From Lingula anatina (Eukaryota > Animalia > Brachiopoda), in contig CM120641.1 in assembly GCA_051362555.1 (NCBI GenBank), positions 8,742,001-8,806,000 on the forward strand: DNA of 64,000 bases. The letters are read 5' to 3'. The translations under genes were made by a program, and so were the position numbers. The notes beneath the pieces were generated by a model, which saw only the letters and a list, made by a program, of their open reading frames with translations, was not told the DNA's origin and did no database searches. Below, piece after piece: positions 51,601-64,000 of this stretch (position 1 is its first letter; each line of letters opens with the position of its first letter).

Positions 51601-54600
51601 GGTCAAATGGGCCAAAATTTTCAAAAAAATGAAATTTTTTACGAAAAAATTTTTTTTTGCCCTGTTATTCAGACACCACACAGACTTAACCAATAATATT
51701 ATTGGAAAGTGTTACCCTTCAGGTCATCTTTCATCTCCATGAATTTGGGGTCAATCGGTGCATTTTCACGGGAGTAGCGGCCATAAGATGCCGAAACTGA
51801 AAACTGTCTCTAATTCGGGAACCGTTAATGCTAGAGACCCATTCTTTTTTGCATTTTGTAGAGCATGTAAAGCCCAACACTGGAGGTGGTCTCGGTTTTT
51901 TTGTATTCCATACGGTTTTCGAGTTACGCTGTATCAAAAAGTACATATTGGTGGTAAAAGCAAAATGTGCAGTACGGTAATAGATAATAAATTTTGAACT
52001 CTGGAAAAATAAAACATAAGGCTTGGCAAAGCAGACAACTTGTGTTCAAAAATGACATTATTTCATCAAATTTGAACTTCTGAAACTTCAGAGCACCTCC
52101 TATTTCAAGAATTTTGACCAAAATGACATTTTCTTTATTTTAATTAATTTTTTCTGTACGAAATTTAAGGCACATTATGGTAACTCCAAAATTATAACAT
52201 CTAGTCCCTTATATCTCCAAAACTGGCAGAGATAGGTCCATAGTTACTATTGAAGTTGAATAGGAAGTCATATACTGGCAATCTTACTATGACCTTGAAA
52301 TTGACCTTTGACCTACTTTTCACCATGAACTGAACTTTGCAAATTTTTCTTCCCTTTTATCTCCAAAACTGGCAGAGATAGGTCCATAGTTACTATTGAA
52401 CTTGAATAGGAAGTCATATACTGGCAATCTAAATATGACCTTAAAATTGACCTTTGACCTACTTTACACCATGAACTGAATTTTGCAAATTTTGCTTTCC
52501 TTTTATCTCCAAAACTGGCAGAGGTAGGTCCGTAGTTACTATTGAACTTGAATAAGAAGTCATATACTGGCAATCTATATGTGACATTAAAATTGACCTT
52601 TGACCTACTTTTCACCATGAACTGAATTTTGCAAATTTTGCAAATTTTGCTTTCCTTTTATCTCCAAAACTGGCTGAGATAGGTCCGTAGTTACTATTGA
52701 ACTTGAATAGGAAGTCATATACTGGCAATCTAAATGTGACCTTAAAATTGACCTTTGACCTACTTTTCACCATAAACTGAACTTTGCAAAATTTGCTTCC
52801 CTCTTATCTCCAAAACTGGCAGAGATAGGTCCATAGTTACTATTGAACTTGAATAGGAAGTCATATACTGGCAATCTAAATGTGACCTTTAAATTGACCT
52901 TTGACCTACTTTTCACCATGAACTGAACTTTGCAAATTTTCTTCCCTTTTATCTCCTAAACTGGCAGAGATAGGTCCATAGTTACTATTGAAGTTGAATA
53001 GGAAGTCATATACTGGCAATCTAAATGTGACCTTAAAATTGACCTTTGACCTACTTTACACCATGAACTGAATTTTGCAAATTTTGTTTTCCTTTTATCT
53101 CCAAAACTGGCTGAGATAGGTCCGTAGTTACTATTGAACTTGAATAGGAAGTCATATACTGGCAATCTAAATGTGACCTTAAAATTGACCTTTGACCTAC
53201 TTTTCACCATAAACCGAACTTTGCAAAATTTGCTTCCCTTTTATCTCCAAAACTGGCAGAGATAGGTCCATAGTTACTATTGAACTTGAATAGGAAGTCA
53301 TATACTGGCAATTTAAATGTGACCTTAAAATTGACCTTTGACCTACTTTTCACCATGAACTGAACTTTGCAAACTTTTCTTCCCTTTTATCTCCAAAACT
53401 GGCAGAGATAGGTCCATAGTTACTATTGAACTTGAAAAGGAAGTCATATACTGGCAATCTAAATGTGACCTTAAAATTGACCTTTGACCTACTTTACACC
53501 ATGAACTGAACTTTGCAAATTTTGCTTCCCTTTTATCTCCAAAACTGGCTGAGATAGGTCCATAGTTACTATTTAACTTGAAAAGGAAGTCATGTACTGG
53601 CAAACTAAATGTGACCTTAAAATTGACCTTTGACCTACTTTACACCATGAACTGAATTTTGCAAATTTTGCTTCCCTTTTATCTCCAAAACTGGCTGAGA
53701 TAGGTCCATAGTTACTATTGAACTTGAAAAGGAAGTCATGTACTGGCAAACTAAATGTGACCTTAAAATTGACCTTTGACCTACTTTACACCATGAACTG
53801 AATTTTGCAAATTTTGCTTCCCTTTTATCTCCAAAACTGGCAGAGATAGGTCCATAGTTACTATTGAACTTGAATAGAAAGTCATATACTGGCAATCTAA
53901 ATGTGACCTTAAAATTGACCTTTGACCTACTTTACACCATGAACTGAATTTTGCTAATTTTGCTTCCCTTTTATCTCCAAAACTGGCTGAGATAGGTCCA
54001 TAATTACTATTGAACTTGAAAAGGAAGTCATGTACTGGCAAACTAAATGTGACCTTAACATTGACCTTTGACCTACTTTACACCATGAACTGAATTTTGC
54101 AAATTTTGCTTCCCTTTTATCTCCAAAACTGGCTGAGATAGGTCCATAGTTACTATTGAACTTGAAAAGGAAGTCATGTACTGGCAAACTAAATGTGACC
54201 TTAACATTGACCTTTGACCTACTTTACACCATGAACTGAATTTTGCAAATTTTGCTTTCCTTTTATCTCCAAAACTGGCTGAGATAGGTCCGTAGTTACT
54301 ATTGAACTTGAATAGGAAGTCATATTCTGGCATTATAAATGTGCGTTAAAATTGACCTTTGTCCTACTTTTCACCATAAACTGAACTTTGCAAATTTTGC
54401 TTCCCTTTTATCTCCAAAACTGGCAGAGATAGGTCCATAGTTACTATTGAACTTGAATAGAAAGTCATATACTGGCAATCTAAATGTGACCTTGAAATTG
54501 ACCTTTGACCTACATTTCACCATGAACTGAATTTTGCAAAATTTGCTTCCCTTTTATCTCCAAAACTGGCTGAGATAGGTCCATAGTTACTATAAAAGTT

Positions 54601-57600
54601 GAATAGGAAGTCCTATACTGGCAATCTAAGTGTGACCTTGAAATTGACCTTTGACCTACTTTTTATCATGAACTGAACTCTGCTAATTTCTTTCTCTTTT
54701 AACTTCAAACTTGACAGAGATAGGTCCATAGTTACTCTTGAACTTGAATAGGAAGTCATATACTGGCAATTTACTGTGACCTTGAAATTGACCCTTGACC
54801 TACCTTACGAAGAACTTAAATTTGATTGTACCCTATATTTTTTTTGCAATAGTTTAAAAATTCTTGTTGATTGCATTTTTACAGCTTGTCAAGCAAAAAA
54901 CTGGTGGCTTATTTTGTGTATGTGGGGGTCTATACGAATGCGCTTGCTCCAGCTGGTGGTACAATATTTGGAGGCGGTATCGCCTCTCTGATCCTCTAGT
55001 TGAAATAGTATGTTGATATTTCGATATTATAAAAATGAACAAAAATTTACCTATTTTTCCACCTCAGATATTCAATATTAGAACAAGAGCACCAGAAGAC
55101 TCTGGAAGACCATGACCTGACTCTAAGAAGTCTCAAGAACAAGAATGATGCCACAGTGGAATATCTACAGCAAGAACACAGCTTGGCAGCAGCTAAAGTA
55201 TGATATCATACACATCAAGAATTCTCTTTTTATTTATTTATTTTGAAATTCTTCCAATCGAACATGGACCACAAAGTCATGTCAAGGTTATCTCACTTAT
55301 GCACCCTTAGTAAATCCAGCTGTGATAATAGTTTGTGCAAGAGCAGTATATTTTACATATTTTGAATGTTTTCAAACATCTTTTCCTGATTTGTGTTTCG
55401 TATTTCAGGCAGCAGACACAATTTCTGATTTAGAAGATCATATTGCTCATCTTAAACAAGAATTGCAGGATGCTGAAACCCACAGACGAGGCCAAATAAG
55501 AGTAAGAAAAAAACTGAAATACATTTCCAATCAATATTAAGACAATTCACTTGATGTATTCAGTTTGATATATTTATAACTCCATCATTTTAGCCGTTTG
55601 TATAATTATTTTATTTGCTAGATTTTCTGTGGTTCCAGCTACATCAAATTATATAAATAGCTTAGAGTCAACCTTGTAAGTTATCATATTGGTACAAAGA
55701 AATAAGGTTTGTGATATAAATCAGTTTCTACCTTTATAGGAGATGGAGCAAGTTCAGCAACAAGACAAGATGCATGCTGAAAATCTGCATGAAAAGAAGG
55801 TATAAAATTATGTTTTACCTGGAGTTTATTGAAAAAAAATTAAATTTTTTATCCACTGATTACCTCTTTGTTGACACTTATATGTTTGAATATCAGTGTC
55901 TAGAATCCTATATAATTGCTGTTTTATTTTGACTGTAAAAAAATTGAATGTGTCTTTCACCTCTTTTTTTAGGTTCAGAGCTTGAAAAGAGAAATGGAAC
56001 ATGCAGAACAGGAATCTCAAAAAGTTATTAAAAAACTAGAGCAAACTGTCAAGTAAGACTACAAGCCTATGTTAATGCTTCCCATCCTTCTTTTAGTTTA
56101 ATGGATTAAACATTTTAAGTTTCATCTATCAGGAGAAATGCATGTCATTATCTCAGTTTTTTTCCTTAAATGCCAAATATAATAAACTTTGGCTAAAGAA
56201 AATGAAAATGCCACTCTTTTGTCAAGTTTGTAGTGATTTAGAGGAATTAAACTACCTGAAACAAAAATCTATTGAGGATGGATCGTAGCTATACTATTCT
56301 CCATCATATTTTTAAACTGCAGCATTTTAAGAGAGATTATACTGATGGTTTAGAACACCTTTACAGAGAGAAAGATGAAGAAATTCAGAAAATAATAGAA
56401 CAACATAGGCAACATGCTCAGCAGTCAGAGCAGGCTCTGACAGAGTTCAAATCCCAGGTGGAGAAGAATTCTGGTAGGATGTATGATGAAATGAAACAAC
56501 AGGTATTTTTACTCTTGTATTACATTTATTCTATTTCCTTATTTAGAATTCATAGGCCAAAAATCAAACATCAATAATTTGAATGACTGGTATCATATGA
56601 TGAGTGAGATATTGTTTTGTTTTATTGTTGGCTAAATCTGGTTAAAATTTGCTTTATATATCAATCAGTTGAAGTTAGTGTGAAATGTCTAACCAAACTG
56701 ACTAAGTGCTGTTACTGAAAATGCACAACTCTGAAGAGGATATAGGTTGTCTTACTCAAATGTACTATATTTTCCAGGTTTTTGAAATGATCTGATATAA
56801 TAAGCTCAGAGAATATGTCTTGAAATGATTTCTAAATATTTCCAGATGGAGAAGGTTGCAGCAGATTTGAGCAGGTCCAAGCAGCTGAGAGAAAAACAGG
56901 CACAAGAATTCCAAAAACAGATTGAGGACTTGAAAAAAGTGCATGAACAAGAGGTAATTTTTAAATTATTTTTCTTAATTTAGAAACATTTGTTAGCAAG
57001 CTTGTGGCTATGAAGTTTATTTTACCAATTAATATTTACCAAGTCATTTATCTCTTTCCCTTTTGTTCATTAGATATGTCCAACTTACAGGATAGATTTG
57101 TATTTTTTTCTTATGTTATTTCATTATAAATTCATTTAATTCATTTATATCAGGTAAGTATGATCTGAAGCTAGTTGTTTAAATAGCAAAGATATACCTT
57201 TGGTTACCTTACAAGGTTTTCATATTCACTTAATTTAATTTAACAAAGGTGTAAACTATAATACACAGCTGTGGGTTTAATTATTTAGTTGGCTGATTTG
57301 AAATTCTCTGTGGACCAAGACAAAGCACAGCTACTAAGAAACCACCATCTTGAGAAAGAGAGCATGCTGTCAGATCATGAGCAGGAGTTGGAGAGAGTGA
57401 AAGAGAACTTGAGGAGGGAGTTACAGGATGTGGAGCAAAGATCACAAAGTAGACAGGACAGAGACTCCAAGGTGGAGTAGGAACATTCTGCAATTTTCTT
57501 ACTTTCTGCTGTTTCTTGTCCCGAAAATTATTGCATTTGCTTTACATTTTTTTTTTAAGTGCACAGGAAATAGAAATTATATGAAATAGGAAAGTTCTGA

Positions 57601-60600
57601 CACTAAATCTAGTTGAGGTTTTCTCTTGGTTACCCCACAGACAGTCACAGAGCTTGAGGCGCAGGTGAGAGAGCTGAGAGAGGAGATTGTACAGTCTAAC
57701 CAACTCCGCAAGCAGCAACTGGTAGAGCTGGGTCTCCTCAGGGAGGAAGAGAAACAAAAGATGCAGAGAGACCATGAAGCTCAGGTGAGCTTTTGAAATT
57801 ATATTTTTGAAGATTAATGAATAAATAAGTTCGGAAAACATAAAGTTTACAGTGTCTTTGAAAATTTTATTACAGTGAAGATAGATATTTTTAAACATTA
57901 AATTTTGGAAACTATGCCCTTCCCTTTTAGCAAAACACAAACGAATCATTCACCTGGCAGTTAAGGATTGAAATGGCTTTGTAGTTAATTATGTTTTTGC
58001 ATATGAATCTTGTGGGCATAACATTTTAATCACTGATGTAACTGTTATTGTTGAAAATTACAGGTTGCCAAATTAAAGTCTGAAACAGAGCAGCAAAAAC
58101 TTTCCCTGCAGAAGTCACATAGTGAGGAGATTGAGAAAAATCTAGAAAAGGTATGTTTTTTTTCTGTGTGTGTAAAAGATTAAAATGTCCACTTTTGTGC
58201 AAAACATGAACACAAGAGTTAAAATGTTATTTAAAAAGTTCTGCTTAATGATATTATATAGAATAAGAGGGTTTTTTACTTAATTTCAGACAAATGTTCG
58301 TCTAAGAGAGATTGAAAAAGAATACACACAAAAGAGCCAGAAAGCCAATGAGGTATGTGTATAGTTGCATTATTGTACCACCAGCGTTAGCGCTGGCGGT
58401 ACACATGGTTTCGGTCTCGTCCGGATCGTTCCGCCGGCTCCGCCGGCTCCGCCGGTTCCGCCGGCTCCGCCGGACGGCTACCGTTACCGCTTCTCCTCCT
58501 AGACGGTAAGGCCCCCCATACCCATCTCATGGATTTAGGTCACCTATAATCTCAACTCGTTCCACGTAAAATTTGGGCTTTGTCGGTATTGGGGTCTGGG
58601 TGTGGCACTCATTGCAATGCACCCTTGTCCAAAAATGGCAAAATTAAATGCTAATTATCTACCCTACGGAAGGAGTTACGGGAAAATTTTCTACAGACGG
58701 CTTTCCAAAAGTCATATGTGTAGATTTCAAATATACCCTCGGATTTGACCTTTGACCTTTACTTCAAGGTCAAATGGGCCAAAATTTTCAAAAAAATGAA
58801 ATTTTTTACGAAAAAAAAATTTTTTGCCCTGTTATTCAGACACCACACAGACTTAACCAATAATATTATTGGAAAGTGTTACCCTTCAGGTCATCTTTCA
58901 TCTCCGTGAATTTGGGGTCAATCGGTGCATTTTCACAGGAGTAGCGGCCATAAGATACCGAAACTGAAAACTGTCTCTAATTCGGGAACCGTTAATGCTA
59001 GAGACCCATTCTTTTTTGCATTTTGTAGAGCATGTAAAGCCCAACACTGGAGGTGGTCTCGGTTTTTTTGTATTCCATACGGTTTTCGAGTTACGCTGTA
59101 TCAAAAAGTACATATTGGTGGTGAAAGGAAAATGTACGGAAGCCCACTGGTGCCATATGTAGAAAAAAAAATTATCTCGAAATTTCGAGATACTATTTTG
59201 AAATTTGAACAAAAAAAATTTACCACCAGCGTTAGCGCTGGCGGTACACATGGTTTCGGTCCCGTCCGGTCCGTTCCGCCGGCTCCGCCGCCATGTTACC
59301 GTTACCGCTTCTCCTCCTAGACGGTAAGGGCCCCCGTACCCATCTCATGGATTTAGGTCACCTATAATCTCAACTCGTTCCACGTAAAATTTGGGCTTTG
59401 TCGGTATTGGGGTCTGGGTGTGGCACTCATTGCAATGCACCCTTGTCTAAAAATGGCAAAATTAAATGCTAATTATCTACCCTACAGAAGGAGTTACGGG
59501 AAAAATTTCTATAGACGGCTTTCCAAAAGTCATATGTGTAGATTTCAAATATACCCTCGGATTTGACCTTTGACCTTTACTTCAAGGTCAAATGGGTCAA
59601 AATTTTCAAAAAAATGAAATTTTTTACGAAAAAAAATTTTTTTGCCCTGTTATTCAGACGCCACACAGACTTAACCAATAATATTATTGGAAAGTGTTAC
59701 CCTTCAGGTCATCTTTCATCTCCGTGAATTTGGGGTCAATCGGTGCATTTTCACAGGAGTAGCGGCCATAAGATACCGAAACTGAAAACTGTCTCTAATT
59801 CGGGAACCGTTAATGCTAGAGACCCATTCTTTTTTGCATTTTGTAGAGCATGTAAAGCCCAACACTGGAGGTGGTCTCGGTTTTTTTTGTATTCCATACG
59901 GTTTTCGAGTTACGCTGTATCAGAAAGTACATATTGGTGGTGAAAGGAAAATGTACGGAAGCCGACTGGTGCCATATGTAGAAAAAAAATTATCTCGAAA
60001 TTTCGAGATACTATTTTGAAATTTGAACAAAAAAAATTTTTATCTCGAAATTTCGAGATAGCATTTTGAAATTTGAACAAAAAAAAAATTATCTCGAAAT
60101 TTCGAGATAGCATTTTGATATTTGAGCAAAAAAATTTATCTCGAAATTTCGAGATAGTATTTTGAAATTTGAACAAAAAAAATGCTATCTCGAAATTTCG
60201 AGATAATTTTTTTTTTCAACATATGGCACCAGTCGGCTTCTGTAAAAATGTGCAGTACGGTAATGGATAATAAATTTTGAACTCCGGAAAAATAAAACAT
60301 AATGCTTGGCAAAGCAGACAACTTGTGGTCAAAAATGACATTATTTTATCAAATTTAAACTTCTGCAACTTCAGAGAACCTCCCATTTCAAGAACTTTGA
60401 CCAAAATGACCTTTTCTTTATTTTAATTAATTTTTTCTGTAGGCAATTTATGGCACATTATGGTAACTCCAAAATTATAACATTTAGTCCCTTATATCTC
60501 CAAAACTGGCAGAGATAGGTCCATAGTTACTATTGAAGTTGAATAGGAAGTCATATACTGGCAATCTTACTGTGACCTTGACATTGACCTTTGACCTACT

Positions 60601-63368
60601 TTTCACCATGAACTGAACTTTGCAAATTTTGCTTCCCTTTTATCTCCAAAACTGGCAGAGATAGGTCCATAGTTACTATTGAACTTGAATAGGAAGTCAT
60701 ATACTGGCAATTTTACTGTGACCTTGAAATTGACCTTTGACCTACTTTTCACCTTGAACTGAACTTTGCAAAATTTGCTTCCCTTTTATCTCCAAAACTG
60801 GCAGAGATAGGTCCATAGTTACTATTGAACTTGCATAGGAAGTCATATACTGGCAATTTTACTGTGACCTTGAAATTGACCTTTGACCTTCTTTTCACCA
60901 TGAACTGAACTTTGCAAATTTTATTCCCTTTTATCTCCAAAACTGGCAGAGATAGGTCCATAGTTACTATTGAAGTTGAATAGGAAGTCATATACTGGCA
61001 ATCTAAATGTGACCTTGAAATTGACCTTTGACCTACTTTTCACCATGAACTGAACTTTGCAAATTTTGCTTCCCTTTTATCTCCAAAACTGGCAGAGATA
61101 GGTCCATAGTTACTATTGAAGTTGAATAGGAAGTCATATACTGGCAATCTTACTGTGACCTTGAAATTGACCTTTGACCTACTTATCACCATGAACTGAA
61201 CTTTGCAAATTTTGCTTCCCTTTTATCTCCAAAACTGGCAGAGATAGGTCCATAGTTACTATTGAACTTGAATAGGAAGTCATATAATGGCAATTTTACT
61301 GTGACCTTGAAATTGACCTTTGACCTACTTTTCACCTTGAACTGAACTTTGCAAAATTTGCTTCCCTTTTATCTCCAAAACTGGCAGAGATAGGTCCATA
61401 GTTACTATTGAACTTGCATAGGAAGTCATATACTGGCAATTTTACTGTGACCTTGAAATTGACCTTTGACCTTCTTTTCACCATGAACTGAACTTTGCAA
61501 ATTTTGCTTCCCTTTTATCTCCAAAACTGGCAGAGATAGGTCCATAGTTACTATTGAAGTTGAATAGGAAGTCATATACTGGCAATCTAAATGTGACCTT
61601 GAAATTGACCTTTGACCTACTTTTCACCATGAACTGAACTTTGCAAATTTTGCTTCCCTTTTATCTCCAAAACTGGCAGAGATAGGTCCATAGTTACTAT
61701 TGAAGTTGAATAGGAAGTCATATACTGGCAATCTTACTGTGACCTTGAAATTGACCTTTGACCTACTTTTCACCATGAACTGAACTTTGCAAATTTTGCT
61801 TCCCTTTTATCTCCAAAACTGGCAGAGATAGGTCCATAGTTACTATTGAAGTTGGATAGGAAGTCATATACTGGCAATTTACTGTGACCTTGAAATTGAC
61901 CTTTGACCTATCTTACAATGAACTTAACTTTGATTGCACCATTTTTAGTTATATATATTTTTTGCATATTTTGAAAATTCTTGTTGATTGCATTTTTACA
62001 GCTTGTCAAGCACAAGACTGGTGGCTGCACCCCTTATTTTGTGTATGTGGGGGTCTATACGAATGCGCTTGCTCCAGCTGGTGGTACAATATTCGGAGGC
62101 GGTATCGCCTCTCTGATCCTCTAGTTTTTGACAGAAGTTTTGAAGGATCTATTATTTTTGTTCATTGTAATAAAATGTGATTAAATAAGTTATTATTTGT
62201 AAGGTAAGCATAATATTGTAAAAACTGTAAGACGAAATTTGTATTATGGCCATTGTTTTGTAATCCTGATTTTCTTTTTATTTTAATCTCAGGCCATAGC
62301 AGAATTGAATAAGACCATTGATATACTGAGAGAGGAAAAGAACAGGTAAATAAATACAGTTATTTGGTATTTTTTATAACAAATTTGTGTGCTCTAACTT
62401 ATTTCAATTTGTAGGAGTGTTGTTTACCATCAAATAAATTCCAGAAGGATTTAAGTACCTCTAATTCAGTATTATACATTTTTTCTACTGCAGGTTGATC
62501 CAGGAGAGTAACAAGAGATTCTCTGAGATTTCCAGTAAGCTTGAAGAGGAAAAAAGAACAATGAAGAGGCAGCATTCAAATACAATGATGGTAATAGATA
62601 AGTGCTTTCTTGTCCATTAACACATTACTTTTTTTTTTAAGTCATTAAATCAAAGTCATCGCAAATTGAATGGAATAGTTGTATTAGCATTGTACTCCCT
62701 GAGAACTTTTTTTATAATATATTAACTCTATGAATTTTTCTCAAAATTCTTCCTGGCCTTGGTGTGTTTTAAGTATCAGTGTGCCTGACAACTCAAATAT
62801 CTGAATATTATTTTGCCATATTCAGGGTGCTCAACAACAGTTGGATGAGACCAGAAACCATATTAGGAGCCTGGAGAAGAGACTTCAACAGCAAGAAGCA
62901 GAATATGAGGACAAGGTGATAATATTTTGAAAAATTGGAATTCTCTAATGTAATTTCATCTTGGAATGGTTTAATTAAAAAAAAAAGATTTGTAAATAAG
63001 TAGGTAATGAATAATACTTGTCCTTTTTCCGGTTAGTTTTGTGGAAATATAGGTCTAGAATTATTTATCACTATTGATTGCCATTTTCTCTTTTTTTACA
63101 CACATAGATCAGTTTTTACCAACATCCTGTGTCCTTATTACAGATAAACGATTTGAGGTATCAACACGAGAACAAAATGAAAGGACTGATGCCAGTGTCA
63201 TTACGCAATGAACTGGAGGACACCATTGCATCACTGAAAGCTCAGGTGACAGCGCTCCAGCAGAGGGCAGAGATATTACAAGATGAGCTCAACACCAGAG
63301 ATAGATATTCCTCAATGGGAGGAGGACCCAGAACTCTATCCCCTGCTAGATCACCTATCAGAACTTAG
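45110..63368 (+). CDS. CEP112: Centrosomal protein of 112 kDa (CCDC46): N-terminal DUF4485-type domain plus long coiled coil, about 29 coding exons
   Basis: N-terminus LDREFDVHLADMKPFVLRLVHKSERQRCALWIKKMCEP..GRKNRNMYALLMLHMLKRGALEGPFTQRP..LPAYMSIYFDE (exons 45110-45209, 45533-45599, 45708-45825, 46007-46057). Later exons give LDMKTKMLEAKFHEEKLRMQQKHDSAVQKILDRKN (48483-48569, 48919-), FEQEKFDMQKQHTKNIQELLEDTNGRL and QSNQLRKQQLVELGLLREEEKQK. The last exon 63144-63368 encodes MKGLMPVSLRNELEDTIASLKAQV. Confidence 0.93.
45606..45667 (+). repeat. (TC)n(TGTC)n microsatellite in a short CEP112 intron
   Basis: Directly visible; fills most of the 108-bp intron 45600-45707. Confidence 0.95.
49101..49438. 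mobile_element. Kolobok-type MITE, copy 3
   Basis: TTAA|AGGGATAATAACTCTT...AAGAGTTATTATCCCT|TTAA. Confidence 0.85.
51215..55001 (-). mobile_element. Helentron-associated element with 146-bp satellite, copy 2 (CEP112 intron)
   Basis: Reverse-complement near-copy of 32738-36216, with the same termini and about 18 monomers. Confidence 0.85.
52205..54800 (-). repeat. 146-bp tandem satellite (about 18 monomers)
   Basis: TGACCTT(A/G)AAATTGACCTTTGACCTACTTT recurs about every 146 bp; one monomer has a 10-bp duplication near 52630. Confidence 0.95.
59954..60244. mobile_element. IS3EU-type MITE nested in Helentron copy 3
   Basis: TIR TACGGAAGCCGACTGGTGCCATATGT...ACATATGGCACCAGTCGGCTTCTGTA and 6-bp TSD AAAATG (59948-59953, 60245-60250). 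The empty site with a single AAAATG is visible in copy 2 at 51962-51967. Five internal ~48-bp repeats each carry the palindrome TATCTCGAAATTTCGAGATA. Confidence 0.85.
60485..61910 (-). repeat. 146-bp tandem satellite (about 10 monomers)
   Basis: Same monomer family as the other two arrays. Confidence 0.95.
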
Positions 63369-63757
63369 TTGATGAACTTACTTCAATATTTAGTGTCCTA
63401 CAAGATTTCCAAATGCCAGATATGACACATTGAATGTGGGCAATTAAGATGTGTGGAAAAATAATTACGTGTCAGACTTTATTTATTTATTTAGCTATAT
63501 GTGAAAATTTTGTTTTATTTTTTACTTTTATGAACATGACTGTTTTTATTGATTTTATATTTTTGAATTTCTGCTATAGAGTTTAAGCATAAATTATGCA
63601 GTGTCTTCATGAAAAATTTCCACATTTTCTTGCCAGCAGCATTAATTCAGTTTTGTTGATTTTTCATTGCAGTGTTAATAATTGATAAAATTTCTAAACT
63701 CATATTTGTGCCAAAATGTGTGAATTCAGTCCATCTTCTCATTATCATTTAAGGAAA

Positions 63758-63759
<2 letters not shown>

Positions 63760-63795
<36 letters not shown>
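63760..63795 (+). repeat. (ATT)n microsatellite downstream of the CEP112 stop
   Basis: About 12 consecutive ATT units. Confidence 0.9.
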
Positions 63796-63796
<1 letters not shown>

Positions 63797-64000
63797 GCAT
63801 GTACACAGTCCTAAATCCTGACTATTTAGCATCAACATTTATTTAACAGCTCCTGATTTCAATTCTATTATTTTATTTGAGATATTGTATTATTTGACAC
63901 TTACTTAGATACTTGAAAGCCCTGAATAATTATTTTTCATGGAAAGAAGAAAGTTCTGGGGCAGTGTAAAAGATTGCTTGACCAATTAGTGCTTCCCAGT

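Larger units (their letters stand above)
58373..62126 (-). mobile_element. Helentron-associated element copy 3 (59221-62126) plus a tandem partial duplicate of its 3' ~850 bp (58373-59220)
   Basis: Same termini as the other copies. The sequence restarts with TACCACCAGCGTTAGCGCTGGCGGTAC at 59221. About 10 monomers. Confidence 0.85.

Noticed and set aside
52313-54333. Repeated ORFs (MPV.DFLFKFNSNYGPISASFGDK...) as a repeat-protein gene
   Set aside because: 146 is not a multiple of 3, so the frame shifts and stops every one or two monomers; an artefact of the satellite.

Overview
AT-rich, intron-rich eukaryotic DNA from an invertebrate animal, most plausibly a lophotrochozoan such as a mollusc (inferred from gene content and repeat types). 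I reconstructed four spliced protein-coding genes by reading GT/GC-AG junctions and reading-frame phase. (1) A TCF20/RAI1-like AT-hook plus extended-PHD chromatin regulator (+ strand, 5' end probably outside the window, one 3.9-kb exon). (2) A large otoancorin/stereocilin/mesothelin-family protein with signal peptide and GPI-type tail (+). (3) The mitochondrial dicarboxylate carrier SLC25A10 (-), with one GC-AG intron. (4) CEP112 (+), head-to-head with SLC25A10. Non-coding space holds many non-autonomous transposons: three Helentron-like (HINE/DINE-1-type) elements with 146-bp satellite arrays, three Kolobok-type MITEs, an IS3EU-type MITE nested in one Helentron, a 7-bp-TSD hAT deletion derivative, two 5-bp-TSD MITEs, an EnSpm-like element, a truncated L1/Tx1 LINE and a foldback element. 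The two most interesting signals are these. First, nearly every 146-bp satellite monomer carries a near-perfect composite nuclear-receptor response element (RORE/PPRE-DR1 plus a third half-site), giving mobile arrays at nucleosome-core spacing. Second, a GC-rich cargo inside the foldback element folds into a nested multibranch structure with G-U pairs and a repeated hairpin. No rRNA, tRNA or CRISPR was recognised. All assignments come from reading the sequence and recalled family features; no searches were run.
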